Shown here: positions 37,701-46,957 of the stretch, piece by piece
How positions within the stretch are numbered: position 1 is the stretch's first letter
How the letters are laid out: each line of letters begins with the position of its first letter
Position numbers and translations under genes: made by a program
Notes under the pieces: model-generated
The model's input: the letters and a program-made list of their open reading frames with translations, nothing else
Told to the model about the DNA's origin: nothing
The model's database searches: none
Virus record (IMG/VR): IMGVR_UViG_3300028127_000003
Direction: 5' to 3' (one strand)
Source of the DNA: a virus
DNA: 64,000 nucleotides

Positions 37701-38251
37701 TTATATGACTTATCGAGATGTTTATCTTCTGCAAATATGATAGAATTCTGAGGAGATGGAGTGGGGTTATTGGGGCTTGAACCGGTTGAAGCTTCTGTTA
37801 TAATATTTAATGTTCCGCTCTTCGAAGCACTGACAGGCTCTGTTGATAATTCACCATAATAAGGACTTATTAATTCCCCATTGCTATCTAAATGAGCCGA
37901 TGCACCAATTGCTAATGTAACCGTTCCACTCTGATTAACAGCAACGGAAGGATATATTACCCTTTGTGTTGGATTATTATCATCTGTTATCTCTTGTGAT
38001 TTCCAAGTTCCACTTGACTCTGGTCCTATCATACCCTGTGTTCCACGTGGTCCCTCAGTTCCTTGTAGACCGTCTTCACCCTTATCACCATCTTCACCAT
38101 TTGGTCCTTCAATTCCTACAGGGCCACTTGGCCCTCCGTTTTTCATTAGTCTAAAATTAAAATTAATTTTATCAATTTTATCCTTTGACCACCATTCACT
38201 ACTGTTAGGATCTAGATCACTCTTAAAAAGTTCTTTGATTCTTATGTTCAT
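34757..38251 (-). CDS. Tail fibre paralogue with collagen segment, collar domain and C-terminal Hint domain
   Basis: KINFNFRLM, GXY run, PVGSII and GWYLCNG..TPNL; C-terminal CHVEGT...TNEHPI...TYSIDVEN..VYIADGILCHN. Confidence 0.78.
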   Translation of the reverse strand: MNIRIKELFKSDLDPNSSEWWSKDKIDKINFNFRLMKNGGPSGPVGIEGPNGEDGDKGEDGLQGTEGPRGTQGMIGPESSGTWKSQEITDDNNPTQRVIYPSVAVNQSGTVTLAIGASAHLDSNGELISPYYGELSTEPVSASKSGTLNIITEASTGSSPNNPTPSPQNSIIFAEDKHLDKSYNIGLKIEEDSNNIEFPVLTFTPDINADHVNNKFAIKFDRDNRFYFNGTIQNVLGAESVIPYELNVDATSPGSVIEFKVGEIKYSNHSPSLNKLLKSHDTQGRVEWEDVFNMFQVFPVGSIIRIPSDTFFGEENFNLSDAETGPMLIVDGDEVIKTNFGSGKPTGLYAGWYLCNGETWGDGGIVAYDTPNLNGFDWAITNIAGLTGDLSGSTSGGSLATYNGNILFSGGVSALGLDGSGLNPNVISHSFDNSTEDVRIYDNENIQFAPSEHIIMGEQISIIYLKEYDYKWSTAAASTSSSNIQLQYHAMTGSMDSNTIAPGTYSTNIDIAMQYATTLNPETIQWTADGAPSDGAQLDAYWNNDNNFANGNVRCYSNGQELADGWLARESGGQNGWGYARKYINGVGISSDDALETEPKECWMMYSESVNGVDGTYSSIGISNNGLLPPVTMTEADVTGFTGWPAGTSLEKVFISNKIDNHPDVVGSSSDFKDYENTSHIWKRNDGNNTIDQLTDGWYRSVPNTDTYLVNFGFGGMLTIDSGLYMAWRKYWSANDNEFKGDVIKSRFVQWSSGDLSLGIGATTACDATSGNDIFYSSDMFELGENPGSWRVTNLGASNSNAENEGRVSSWLSNQIYVRQDQSSNTVLYSSIANLGKYPLTLLKSDTFIPGTNISIKIADWTGDSGTSGYTGEHYKAIDSNSQATATNPTECSGGSPSGVIFDWDDGNTNNTLNYFGGGGNGNVYFTLSGISPSQLSSSNFTIEDPSNSMNWASVSFNPGDNYVSLSIMTPIEEPSEILDLDFDYSGTLNELASDTTIGISIDPCHVEGTVISMANGTTKLVENLKVGDVLDSFDIKGLSDSGEWRNFKTNAMEFRAPKSSAKIVRIIKGTYKNYQDINNGLTKITNEHPILIKRPDGEIFFKQALYIDTTDMIYVNEKWTRVNSNETIHKTVNTYSIDVENEDVYIADGILCHNVEELEEKVQ
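34787..35239 (-). other. Hint (intein-like) autoprocessing domain, ~151 aa
   Basis: Cys1 in C-H-V-E-G-T, KLVENLKVGD, block B T-N-E-H-P, terminal H-N followed by Val. Confidence 0.8.
38018..38137 (-). repeat. Collagen-like Gly-X-Y repeat (fibre 2), approximate limits
   Basis: GPSGPVGIEGPNGEDGDKGEDGLQGTEGPRGTQGMIGPE. Confidence 0.8.
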
Positions 38252-38253
38252 TT

Positions 38254-41200
38254 TTATGCAATTATTTTAGAATGGACCCTCAAATTATATCGATACCCTG
38301 GTTTTTTATTATATATTAATCTGAAATTTAAAGGCTTTTCAGCGAAACTTCTGATTTCAAAATTAGTAAGTTCAAAAAACCCATCAGATGTAATATCTTC
38401 TATATTAGTTACGCTTTCCAATTCACTATATTTAGATTGATTTATATCATCACTTGGAAGATACCCTGCTATTTCAGTTCCATATACCTTTATTTGATCT
38501 ATTATAAATCTAGGTATAATGTTTTCTTCAATGTATATTGTTGAATCATCTTCCAATGTTGTTTTATCTCCATACGAATATTCAGAAGTAGCGTACCTTG
38601 AATAATACGCAGTTATATTTTCTTCTTTTAATTTTCTTACAATAGAATTAGCGATGTAGAAGTCAATGTGAATTTTTTGAGAATCTTCAAAAATATAAGC
38701 ACCATCATCTTCTCTTTCATCATATCTAATTACATCTAACGCTTGAAGAGATCTTACTCTTTTTAAATTGTATGAAGTTATATCATATTCATTTTTAACT
38801 TTCATTATTGTAGATGCAAAGAAAGATCTTTCTTCTATAGGGCTTAATGTTCCATGGACTTCCTTTGATCTATTTGTTCCACCAAAGGACCTTGTATAAT
38901 AGTCTTTAGCATATTTACTCTTAAATAGGTTTAAATCTTTTTTATCTATTGCTATTTCTCCAATTAATGGATATAGGGGTAGTTTATCTGATTCTTGACT
39001 TAGTTTAATAACCTTCGGCTGTAATTCATTTACTTTATGAAAGAAAAAGTTATTGATAATTCCGTAATTTTCATCAACTCCTAAATTAGAATTAAACATA
39101 CAATTTACTCCTATCAGTCTGTTGTATTTTTTCAACCTGTTCTCTTGCTCTTCATTAAAAGAATCTAAGGTATTTCTAAATTTATAATTGCCATAGGGAG
39201 ATGAAAAAGTTACAACATCTTTAAATAAAGGATCATAGCTACCGTTCATTCTTTTAAGAGTAGTGTAATATCCACCATCTTCTCTTGCAACCAGATTATA
39301 ACCTATATTATCATTATTTAATTTAAATGCCTTAGGTTTATCATCATCTATTTCTATGTCTAAAATTGAGGTTTTTACAAACTCAACACCGCTTTGTATT
39401 TCTAAACAAAACTGACCTGACTCTATATCTCCATTCTCTAGAATAGTAGTATACGTTATATCTCTATGTGTATTAATTCTATCTGCAAATCCAAATGAAG
39501 AAACGTCTTGTAATGCATTATCCCATGCCTTTTTACCACCGTTATAATATTTAAGAGGTATAATGTTAGGAATCGTAGTTGGATCGTCATAGGGTACATC
39601 TAAATCCTGATAATATTCTCCAGTCTGCTGATTTAATACCCATAGGTAAGGAAGACCTTTAACTATTATTTGTGAATCGTCTATCACCGAAACAACCTGT
39701 AAAGAATAAGTTTCATTTCCACTTTCAAATAATATATATGAATATTGCTCATCTATTTTAAAAATGTCTTGTGTAAATTTAGGTGTATTTTCGCCAACTG
39801 ATTGCACCGAAGCTTCCACTATCGTTGTAATTTCAGGATCTTCAGTATTCCATACTGTTACTGAGCTACCTCCAAACTCTAAGAAACCTCTAATATTACT
39901 ATCAAGTATTTCTCCTTCATTTAAAAGGTCATTTAAATTATATAACAAATATCTGTCTAATTGTGATATATCATTTGTAGGAACTTGTAAATTTATAAGA
40001 ATGCTAATAGTTTTAAATTTATTATTTCTTACAACCTCTATATCTACTCCCGTGTTGTTTATTTCGTCGTTAGAAGTATAGTTAAGTATTGTTGCAACTT
40101 TAAAATCATTTACATCAGACGAAGATTTAAAAGATATCGGGCTAGTCGATAAAAATTCAGTTCTATCTTTATAAATATATCTTAATCCTTTAAAAACTGT
40201 AGATGAAAAATTAACAGAATCTCCACCTTGCATTTTAGTGTACATTTTAAGTGGGGTTGAATTAACCCATTCACCGGGTTCAATTGTCGCTAGACCTGAG
40301 CTATCATTTTGATGAGCACCTGTATAGTTTAATATAGTTGAAAAATAATCAAAGTCAGTGCTTTTTAAATTTGCGACTAATTCTGAATAAGGCTTTTCGT
40401 ACCCTTCATAGACATAATCCATAAGTAATGGAATACTGCTAGGTTCTAATAAATATGTAGGAATATTATGTATATAGAAGTGTTCCATATTTAGTTTTTC
40501 AGCTGATCTTTCTGAAAGTTTAGTAATATCAGCTGATAAATTATTTACACCGAATGCTTCATTGGTGTTTAGGATGTATGATAAATTTCTAGAGTTAGTA
40601 GAATCTTTTAAATTAAATTTACATATAGTAGGTACGACTCTTGAATTAACACTCGTCTCCTTTAATGAGTTCTCCTTTAACCTATCATATTCATTAATGA
40701 TTTCTGTATCTATAAAATCACTTTCAACTATATCATCTCTAATAATACTAGATAAAGATTTAAACTTAAATAATTGACTATTACCAGGACCCGGTTTAAA
40801 TATAAAATCTTCATAGATATCAGCAACGTTAGACTGGTTGAAAAAATAATTAGCAGATGCTAAATCCTTCGTGATTATTTTAGTAAAGAACATCGTACCC
40901 ATTGATGTATAGATTACATCTTTTACCTCTGTCCATTCCTGTTCACCAGGATTACCTACCGTATCGACCTTTACAAAGTCTCCTTTTTTAATAAATTCAC
41001 TAACGTCTATATCATGTATTAATATATAAGGATCTGCTCCAGGAAAAGGTTGGTCATTGGCTTCGAGGACGTAAATGGAAGAAACATTTGCTACTCCAAA
41101 CGAAGCTTCATCATTCTTATATTGCATGCTCTCTAAAACTAAAAAGTCTATTTTAGAATTTGAAGTATCGTAGAAATCAAAATTAAAATCCTTGAAATCA

Positions 41201-43083
41201 TACGCTGAAAACTTTCCAAAGGGAGTATCATAGGTTTCATAACTTGTAATCACATTGTCCATTGAAAAAACCACCGGTTTTTGAAAAATAACTCTAAAGT
41301 TTTCTGAATAAGGATCTTTTATTATTTCTATAATCCTAACATAGTTATCCTTATTAAGTTCTTTAATAAAATACCCTACCTGTAGGTTTCCTATTTCGTT
41401 AGGGGATATTAATACACCCTGATTAACAGAACATCCACCAATCATAGTGTAAATTTCATAGTCTCCTAATTGCAATCCACCCGTAACAGTTCCACCTTCA
41501 CTTATAAAGTCGTTATACTTATTTGAAAATGCAAGATTTGCGTCGGTTGAACTTTGCATATCGATAAAGGGGTTCGGATTAGATGAACTAATACCAAATA
41601 CAGTTGTATTCTTATTCCTTCCCTGTGAGTAGTCATCTATGATCACCCTGTTCTTTATAGAGCTAGCATTATACGGTATAACTTCTGCATTTCTAATCGC
41701 CGCTGCAAGTGCTGCTGCTATTTGAGAAGTATTACCTATTGCAGAATATCTATTTTCTTGAAATGTTCCAATTGGAAGAGAAGTGTCTGCGATTAAAACA
41801 AAATCACCCAAATTAAAGTTTTCAATACTTATCTCGAGCAAGTCTCCTAAAAATACTTTATCATTATCAGAAGGCTGGTCTATTATATTTAATTCTATAA
41901 AACCATTAAATGGTGTTTTGTTTATTACGGGGGTGTTAAACTCTGTTTGTTTTTTATTTACAAAAATAGAAGAGTCTCCATTATATGATGTTAGTATTTG
42001 GTTTTTTTCTATTCTAGTCTTTCTAAATCTATTTAAAACGTTATGATATTTATTATTAATATCTTTTACCCATCCAAGAATCGGCTGGGTGTAATCCTTT
42101 ATAGATGGTAATTTATCTAATTCGTCAGACGATGAATTGCTTATATCTAAATTTAAGTGTCCTATTGAATTTACAGAATTGACAACTACAGTTCCTTCTT
42201 GATGTTCATCTACGAAAATTCCAAAATATCTATAAACATTATAGTCGTCGGCTTCATTATCGTCAAATAAAAATTCTAAATTAATTATATTGTGAGAAAC
42301 AATTCCGTTTCTTTCAAAGCTAGTTGTTAATGTATTATTAGCTAAAATTTCGGGAAGGTCTTCTTTAACGTAATCATCATCTATATAATCTGACTTTTCA
42401 ACAAAGCCACCTAACATTACGTCTATTCCGTTAAAGGAAGTAGGATCATCCAGTTCAAAATTAAAATCAATATGCGACTTAGGAATTAAGGGATTAGATA
42501 CGTGACTATTTAGATATCTCCCTAGCTTAGAGTTATTAGTCATATCATACGATTTTATTAAAGTCGCATTAGATAACATTTCTTGAATTCTAGAATTTTG
42601 ACTAGGATCATCTTCTAAAGATTTTTCTTTAAAATCTACATCTTTAATTCTATAAATTATAAATTTTTCAGGAACACTTTCTTCTAACCATATTGGAGCA
42701 AATATTCTATATTGCTCGTCATAGGCCTTTGTATAATTGAATGAAGCTCCGTAATTATATAGGTTTTCATATTGTGTAGAATAGTCTTTAGAAACACTTA
42801 GATCTGTAAATTCCCTACCGACCTGATATCTTTCATCTTTACTTAATCTTCCGTAAAACTGAGCAACGTCCCTACAATATTCACCTGAACTAGAAATAGG
42901 ATATTTCTGATATTCATACTGCGATAGAGTTCTATTTGCCTTGATTGAGCTTAAATAGATATCTCCCTCTTCGTCAGTAATTAATTTGACATTAGAAGTT
43001 AACTTGGGGTTAGTTCTTAATAGGGCAAAGGACTTATCCTTATACGAAATACCTTCTGCTTGTGTGTTAATCGTTATCGCCAT
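38254..43083 (-). CDS. Large virion structural protein (1609 aa), function unknown
   Basis: Long uninterrupted ORF in the tail block with GATATATA upstream. Confidence 0.55.
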   Translation of the reverse strand: MAITINTQAEGISYKDKSFALLRTNPKLTSNVKLITDEEGDIYLSSIKANRTLSQYEYQKYPISSSGEYCRDVAQFYGRLSKDERYQVGREFTDLSVSKDYSTQYENLYNYGASFNYTKAYDEQYRIFAPIWLEESVPEKFIIYRIKDVDFKEKSLEDDPSQNSRIQEMLSNATLIKSYDMTNNSKLGRYLNSHVSNPLIPKSHIDFNFELDDPTSFNGIDVMLGGFVEKSDYIDDDYVKEDLPEILANNTLTTSFERNGIVSHNIINLEFLFDDNEADDYNVYRYFGIFVDEHQEGTVVVNSVNSIGHLNLDISNSSSDELDKLPSIKDYTQPILGWVKDINNKYHNVLNRFRKTRIEKNQILTSYNGDSSIFVNKKQTEFNTPVINKTPFNGFIELNIIDQPSDNDKVFLGDLLEISIENFNLGDFVLIADTSLPIGTFQENRYSAIGNTSQIAAALAAAIRNAEVIPYNASSIKNRVIIDDYSQGRNKNTTVFGISSSNPNPFIDMQSSTDANLAFSNKYNDFISEGGTVTGGLQLGDYEIYTMIGGCSVNQGVLISPNEIGNLQVGYFIKELNKDNYVRIIEIIKDPYSENFRVIFQKPVVFSMDNVITSYETYDTPFGKFSAYDFKDFNFDFYDTSNSKIDFLVLESMQYKNDEASFGVANVSSIYVLEANDQPFPGADPYILIHDIDVSEFIKKGDFVKVDTVGNPGEQEWTEVKDVIYTSMGTMFFTKIITKDLASANYFFNQSNVADIYEDFIFKPGPGNSQLFKFKSLSSIIRDDIVESDFIDTEIINEYDRLKENSLKETSVNSRVVPTICKFNLKDSTNSRNLSYILNTNEAFGVNNLSADITKLSERSAEKLNMEHFYIHNIPTYLLEPSSIPLLMDYVYEGYEKPYSELVANLKSTDFDYFSTILNYTGAHQNDSSGLATIEPGEWVNSTPLKMYTKMQGGDSVNFSSTVFKGLRYIYKDRTEFLSTSPISFKSSSDVNDFKVATILNYTSNDEINNTGVDIEVVRNNKFKTISILINLQVPTNDISQLDRYLLYNLNDLLNEGEILDSNIRGFLEFGGSSVTVWNTEDPEITTIVEASVQSVGENTPKFTQDIFKIDEQYSYILFESGNETYSLQVVSVIDDSQIIVKGLPYLWVLNQQTGEYYQDLDVPYDDPTTIPNIIPLKYYNGGKKAWDNALQDVSSFGFADRINTHRDITYTTILENGDIESGQFCLEIQSGVEFVKTSILDIEIDDDKPKAFKLNNDNIGYNLVAREDGGYYTTLKRMNGSYDPLFKDVVTFSSPYGNYKFRNTLDSFNEEQENRLKKYNRLIGVNCMFNSNLGVDENYGIINNFFFHKVNELQPKVIKLSQESDKLPLYPLIGEIAIDKKDLNLFKSKYAKDYYTRSFGGTNRSKEVHGTLSPIEERSFFASTIMKVKNEYDITSYNLKRVRSLQALDVIRYDEREDDGAYIFEDSQKIHIDFYIANSIVRKLKEENITAYYSRYATSEYSYGDKTTLEDDSTIYIEENIIPRFIIDQIKVYGTEIAGYLPSDDINQSKYSELESVTNIEDITSDGFFELTNFEIRSFAEKPLNFRLIYNKKPGYRYNLRVHSKIIA

Positions 43084-43111
43084 TTATAAATAGACTCTAT
43101 TTTTGTTAGAG

Positions 43112-43119
43112 TATATATC
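43112..43119 (-). promoter_or_regulatory. GATATATA motif
   Basis: 29 nt upstream of ATG 43083. Confidence 0.65.
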
Positions 43120-43140
43120 TTGCTTAGTTACAGCGAGATA

Positions 43141-46100
43141 TTACCTATATGGACGAGCATCGAAATCGTATAATCTAGATGAACTAAAATCATTATATCC
43201 ACTGAAGAATCTTCTTCTATTCCACCACCAGTTTCCGGAACCAAGGGAGTTTCTATAATTACTCAGCATCACTTTGTTGATACTATTTTTATTTGTTCCA
43301 ACTGCTCTATATTTAGCGTAAACTTCTACATCGAAGCTAAATTCAGTTTTATAAGAATCTATGATGTCTAGCCCTATTTTCTTTGAATATGTTAAATTGG
43401 TAAATGCATTTCCATATATTCCAGCAACTCTACCTTTACCGGTTTCACTCTCTCCAAAATAATCTGTCATTCTATATTGGAATACCATATCAACTGACAC
43501 TGCATTTTGACTTCCACCTTCAATTAATTTTTTACCATACTTGTTAGGTCCATCTACCGATAGACTAGTTTGGTTTATAGGTGAAAGGTATAAGAAAGAA
43601 CCACATGAAAGACCACCTAATAAAAATTGATCATCTTCCGTAAATGAGTTTTTTAAAGACTTTTTACCAATTACATTACCTTGTTCATCTATTGGTCCAG
43701 ATTCACCGTCACTTCTAAATGTAATTGTCAGCGGTTGATATGCTGTTTGAATTTTTCCATTCTTATCGTTAGATCTTTTAATAGCATATTTCGGCATCGA
43801 TACAATTCCCGTTGAAACTATATCCTTTGTATTTAAACCTATGTCAGACTGAAGTAGCGGGTGTGATTTATGAAGAAAAAGACCTGAATCATACTTAGCA
43901 GCCGTTATTTGAGAAACAGAAACTGTATCAGCTGAGTTCGGAAGAATAGCTTCAGGAACGTTCGGATCAGATTGGAATCCGTTTTCATCTTCATTCTGCA
44001 CACCCTGTCCATTATTATTCCATGTTCCATTCCATATAAAATCACCAGCTCCGTTTAAATTACTAGGTAAATCTTGATGTGGTTGTATTTTAAAGTCTGT
44101 AAAATCTCTTAAATGAGTTCTATCAGAAATTGATCCAATTCCAGAATTCGTGACTGTTGCAAATGTTAATCCATATTCTGCGCTACTTACTCCTGTTAAG
44201 TTTGAATCCCTAGACAAGTCAGTATCAGGATCTATAATCGAATAAAGATCAGCGTTATTAGCTATATTTCTAAATCTAGAATAAATAAACTGTCCATTTA
44301 ATTGAGATGATTGGTCTGGCGCAACAGAAAAATGATTGTATGAATTTCCATCACCTGTAAGATTTTGATAAACAACAGGGACTAAATCATACTGAGCCTC
44401 TGTCATATAATATGTATCATTTGCTATTTTAACATCAGGTGTTGTAGTTCCAGTTGGTTGTTTATTACCAGTTTCTAAATTAATAATACCTAGGCCATAT
44501 TCTTGTTGTGATGAAGAAACATAAGCAGGTTGTTTAAGATTTCCATTAATTCTTGCACATAATTCTAGATCAGATGCCTTAGTATTATGAAGTTCTACTC
44601 TATAATTTTTAGTAACAATATATCCTTTAGTTTCATCATCTGGTTTTTCATCTACATAATATCCTGCGAATATTTTAGCAGTTGAATTATTTTTAACTAG
44701 CGTTACTTCACCTTCTTCGTCAATAATTTTAATTTGTAATTCTCCAACGGCACCTTCAACCTTAGCTTGTAGTCTTTCTAATTGATTCTGTAATTCCAAT
44801 AATTTATCATATACGCTAATAGGATTCTGTTCTCCTGTTAAAAAACCAGATGCTAGTGATTCTGCGGCATGGGCATAATAAGTATCTCCTGCCGTAAATC
44901 CACTATCAAGGTGTGTAAATAATCCTTGTGATTCTAAATCATCATTTATTTCAACCTTAACATTATCTAAATCATTTTGGTTTACTAGGCTATTTGCTCC
45001 GTCTGTAGATATTTCTCCTTCAGGAAAAGGAATAGTAATAATATCTGACCATTCTGACTCTACTGGGGTTTGTGGGAAACCTGCTTCAGAAACAGATTTA
45101 ATCATCATTTCTATTTTTTCACCAGGCTGAATAGATAAATCTATTGAGTTAAAATTAATAGCCTGTGAATCTTCTTCAGATTCTAGAATCCATCTATATC
45201 CACCATCTGCTTGCTTTTCTCTTTTTCTAATAGGACCTTTAACTTCGACCCAGTTTGAAAATGCAGCAGTTTTTTTATTAAATTTGATTTGCTCTATTAC
45301 AGATGTTTTACCCGTTGAGGAAACGTATCTATATCTAGCAATAAACTGAACTACTTCTTGTGAAATTTCATCACCAACTTTCTTTGGCTCCGGAATAGAC
45401 CAAAAGCCTCTTACCCTATATTTAGGATTAACTTTAGGTAATTCATTTGATTCAGCAATCGCTTTAATCTGTCCAACGCTTGAAGAGAATACTTTAGTTT
45501 CAGCAGCCTTTTCTCTAATGATAGAAGCTAATTCATTTTTCTCTCTATTTCTTTCTATTTTAGATGAGAACTTTTTAGTAGCAATTAATTTTCTTTTCTT
45601 TCTAATTGTAGTGTCAAGCTTTTTAATAACTTCTTTAGCTTTAACTTTATCAGATTTGATCTTTTTTACTTGTTCAACGCTAGCGTTTTGAGTAAGGTGT
45701 TTATTAATTTGTGTTACTTTAAAGTTATCTACTTCTACGATTGGTGCATCTGGGATAAGACCTTCTGATGCAGGTGGAATGTAATCAACCTTAAGTGCTT
45801 TAATAAATTGACCAAAATCAGCAACTTCTTCTTTATAGTATTTAGCAAGTGTAGTAACTATACCATCTTCATTTTGAATAGTAAGTTCATTCGAAAAGAA
45901 TGCAACACCTGGTGAGAAATCAGTAGCTGGTAGTTTAGAGATAGGATCTATTGGTTTAACAAAAACTACTTGTCTTTCATTAAATCCAACTTTAACTTCT
46001 ATAGAAACAGAAGCATCAATATCTTTATAAATAGCGAGAGCATTCGCTCCTATTTTAATCGGTGAATAACCTTCTAAAAGTGACAATTCAACTTGTGTTG

Positions 46101-46956
46101 TTGAAGAATCAATAGAGGTTACTCTATATCTTGTGTTATATTCAGACGTGTTTACTACCAATGAATCTCCAATTTTTAGAGTTTCAGTATCTTTCATGTC
46201 TTTATTAGAGTCCGAATATGTTAATTTATTTAGAGTATATACTTTTACGGTTTTAGTTTGACTAGTCCCGTCTATTAGAGATGTTTTCTGAACATTTTCT
46301 ACTTTTAATACGTCTAACTGGCCATTATACTGAATAGATCTTACTGGCATATCTACCGTCTCTGCATCTATTCTATATTTTAAACCATCTTCTTTTATTT
46401 TAGAAATAAATTTAGAATAATTGACATCATTCTGACCTTTAAAAATTTCATCAAAGGATTCAGTGGAAGACAAGTCTTCATGATCAAATATAACTCTTTC
46501 AGTATAAACTCTTTCAGTATCTACTGGAATTTGTCCTTTAACATCTAAACTAATAGTTAATAAAGGATTTAAGAAATCTTCAAAGAAATCGTTTAGTTGT
46601 GTATTAAATTCTTTTGGAGTTGCTAACGACTTTATAGGTAAAGAAGGACCTTTTAATTTAGAAGTATGTATTCTTCTATAAGAACCATCTTTAAGTTTTA
46701 CATTTGCACTGGAAGTATCTAAACCACTAATCGCAGTTATGTTCTTATCAATTCTTTCAATTTCTCTTTTCAAAAATCCAAATGCTGGAATTTGAATTGC
46801 AGTCATTTCTCCTGTGCGATTATCGAATAAATCTATTGTAACCGTTTCTTTATCGGTTGAAATAGCCTCATTGATACGTTCGAAAGTTTCTAGTGAATTA
46901 GTGTTTAATTCTAGAAACTGTTCGAGTAAATGTGATATAGAATTGCTAGCGCTCAT
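43141..46956 (-). CDS. Large virion structural protein (1271 aa) with coiled-coil and Ig/FN3-like segments
   Basis: Structural block; heptad-rich stretches and beta-sandwich-like segments (FSNW, ESEWSD). Confidence 0.5.
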   Translation of the reverse strand: MSASNSISHLLEQFLELNTNSLETFERINEAISTDKETVTIDLFDNRTGEMTAIQIPAFGFLKREIERIDKNITAISGLDTSSANVKLKDGSYRRIHTSKLKGPSLPIKSLATPKEFNTQLNDFFEDFLNPLLTISLDVKGQIPVDTERVYTERVIFDHEDLSSTESFDEIFKGQNDVNYSKFISKIKEDGLKYRIDAETVDMPVRSIQYNGQLDVLKVENVQKTSLIDGTSQTKTVKVYTLNKLTYSDSNKDMKDTETLKIGDSLVVNTSEYNTRYRVTSIDSSTTQVELSLLEGYSPIKIGANALAIYKDIDASVSIEVKVGFNERQVVFVKPIDPISKLPATDFSPGVAFFSNELTIQNEDGIVTTLAKYYKEEVADFGQFIKALKVDYIPPASEGLIPDAPIVEVDNFKVTQINKHLTQNASVEQVKKIKSDKVKAKEVIKKLDTTIRKKRKLIATKKFSSKIERNREKNELASIIREKAAETKVFSSSVGQIKAIAESNELPKVNPKYRVRGFWSIPEPKKVGDEISQEVVQFIARYRYVSSTGKTSVIEQIKFNKKTAAFSNWVEVKGPIRKREKQADGGYRWILESEEDSQAINFNSIDLSIQPGEKIEMMIKSVSEAGFPQTPVESEWSDIITIPFPEGEISTDGANSLVNQNDLDNVKVEINDDLESQGLFTHLDSGFTAGDTYYAHAAESLASGFLTGEQNPISVYDKLLELQNQLERLQAKVEGAVGELQIKIIDEEGEVTLVKNNSTAKIFAGYYVDEKPDDETKGYIVTKNYRVELHNTKASDLELCARINGNLKQPAYVSSSQQEYGLGIINLETGNKQPTGTTTPDVKIANDTYYMTEAQYDLVPVVYQNLTGDGNSYNHFSVAPDQSSQLNGQFIYSRFRNIANNADLYSIIDPDTDLSRDSNLTGVSSAEYGLTFATVTNSGIGSISDRTHLRDFTDFKIQPHQDLPSNLNGAGDFIWNGTWNNNGQGVQNEDENGFQSDPNVPEAILPNSADTVSVSQITAAKYDSGLFLHKSHPLLQSDIGLNTKDIVSTGIVSMPKYAIKRSNDKNGKIQTAYQPLTITFRSDGESGPIDEQGNVIGKKSLKNSFTEDDQFLLGGLSCGSFLYLSPINQTSLSVDGPNKYGKKLIEGGSQNAVSVDMVFQYRMTDYFGESETGKGRVAGIYGNAFTNLTYSKKIGLDIIDSYKTEFSFDVEVYAKYRAVGTNKNSINKVMLSNYRNSLGSGNWWWNRRRFFSGYNDFSSSRLYDFDARPYR

Positions 46957-46957
46957 A

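Noticed and set aside
31222-38251. Apparently higher GC in the fibre genes as evidence of recent horizontal transfer
   Set aside because: Not quantified, and explainable by Gly/Pro/Ser/Thr-rich protein composition; a GC3 calculation would be needed.
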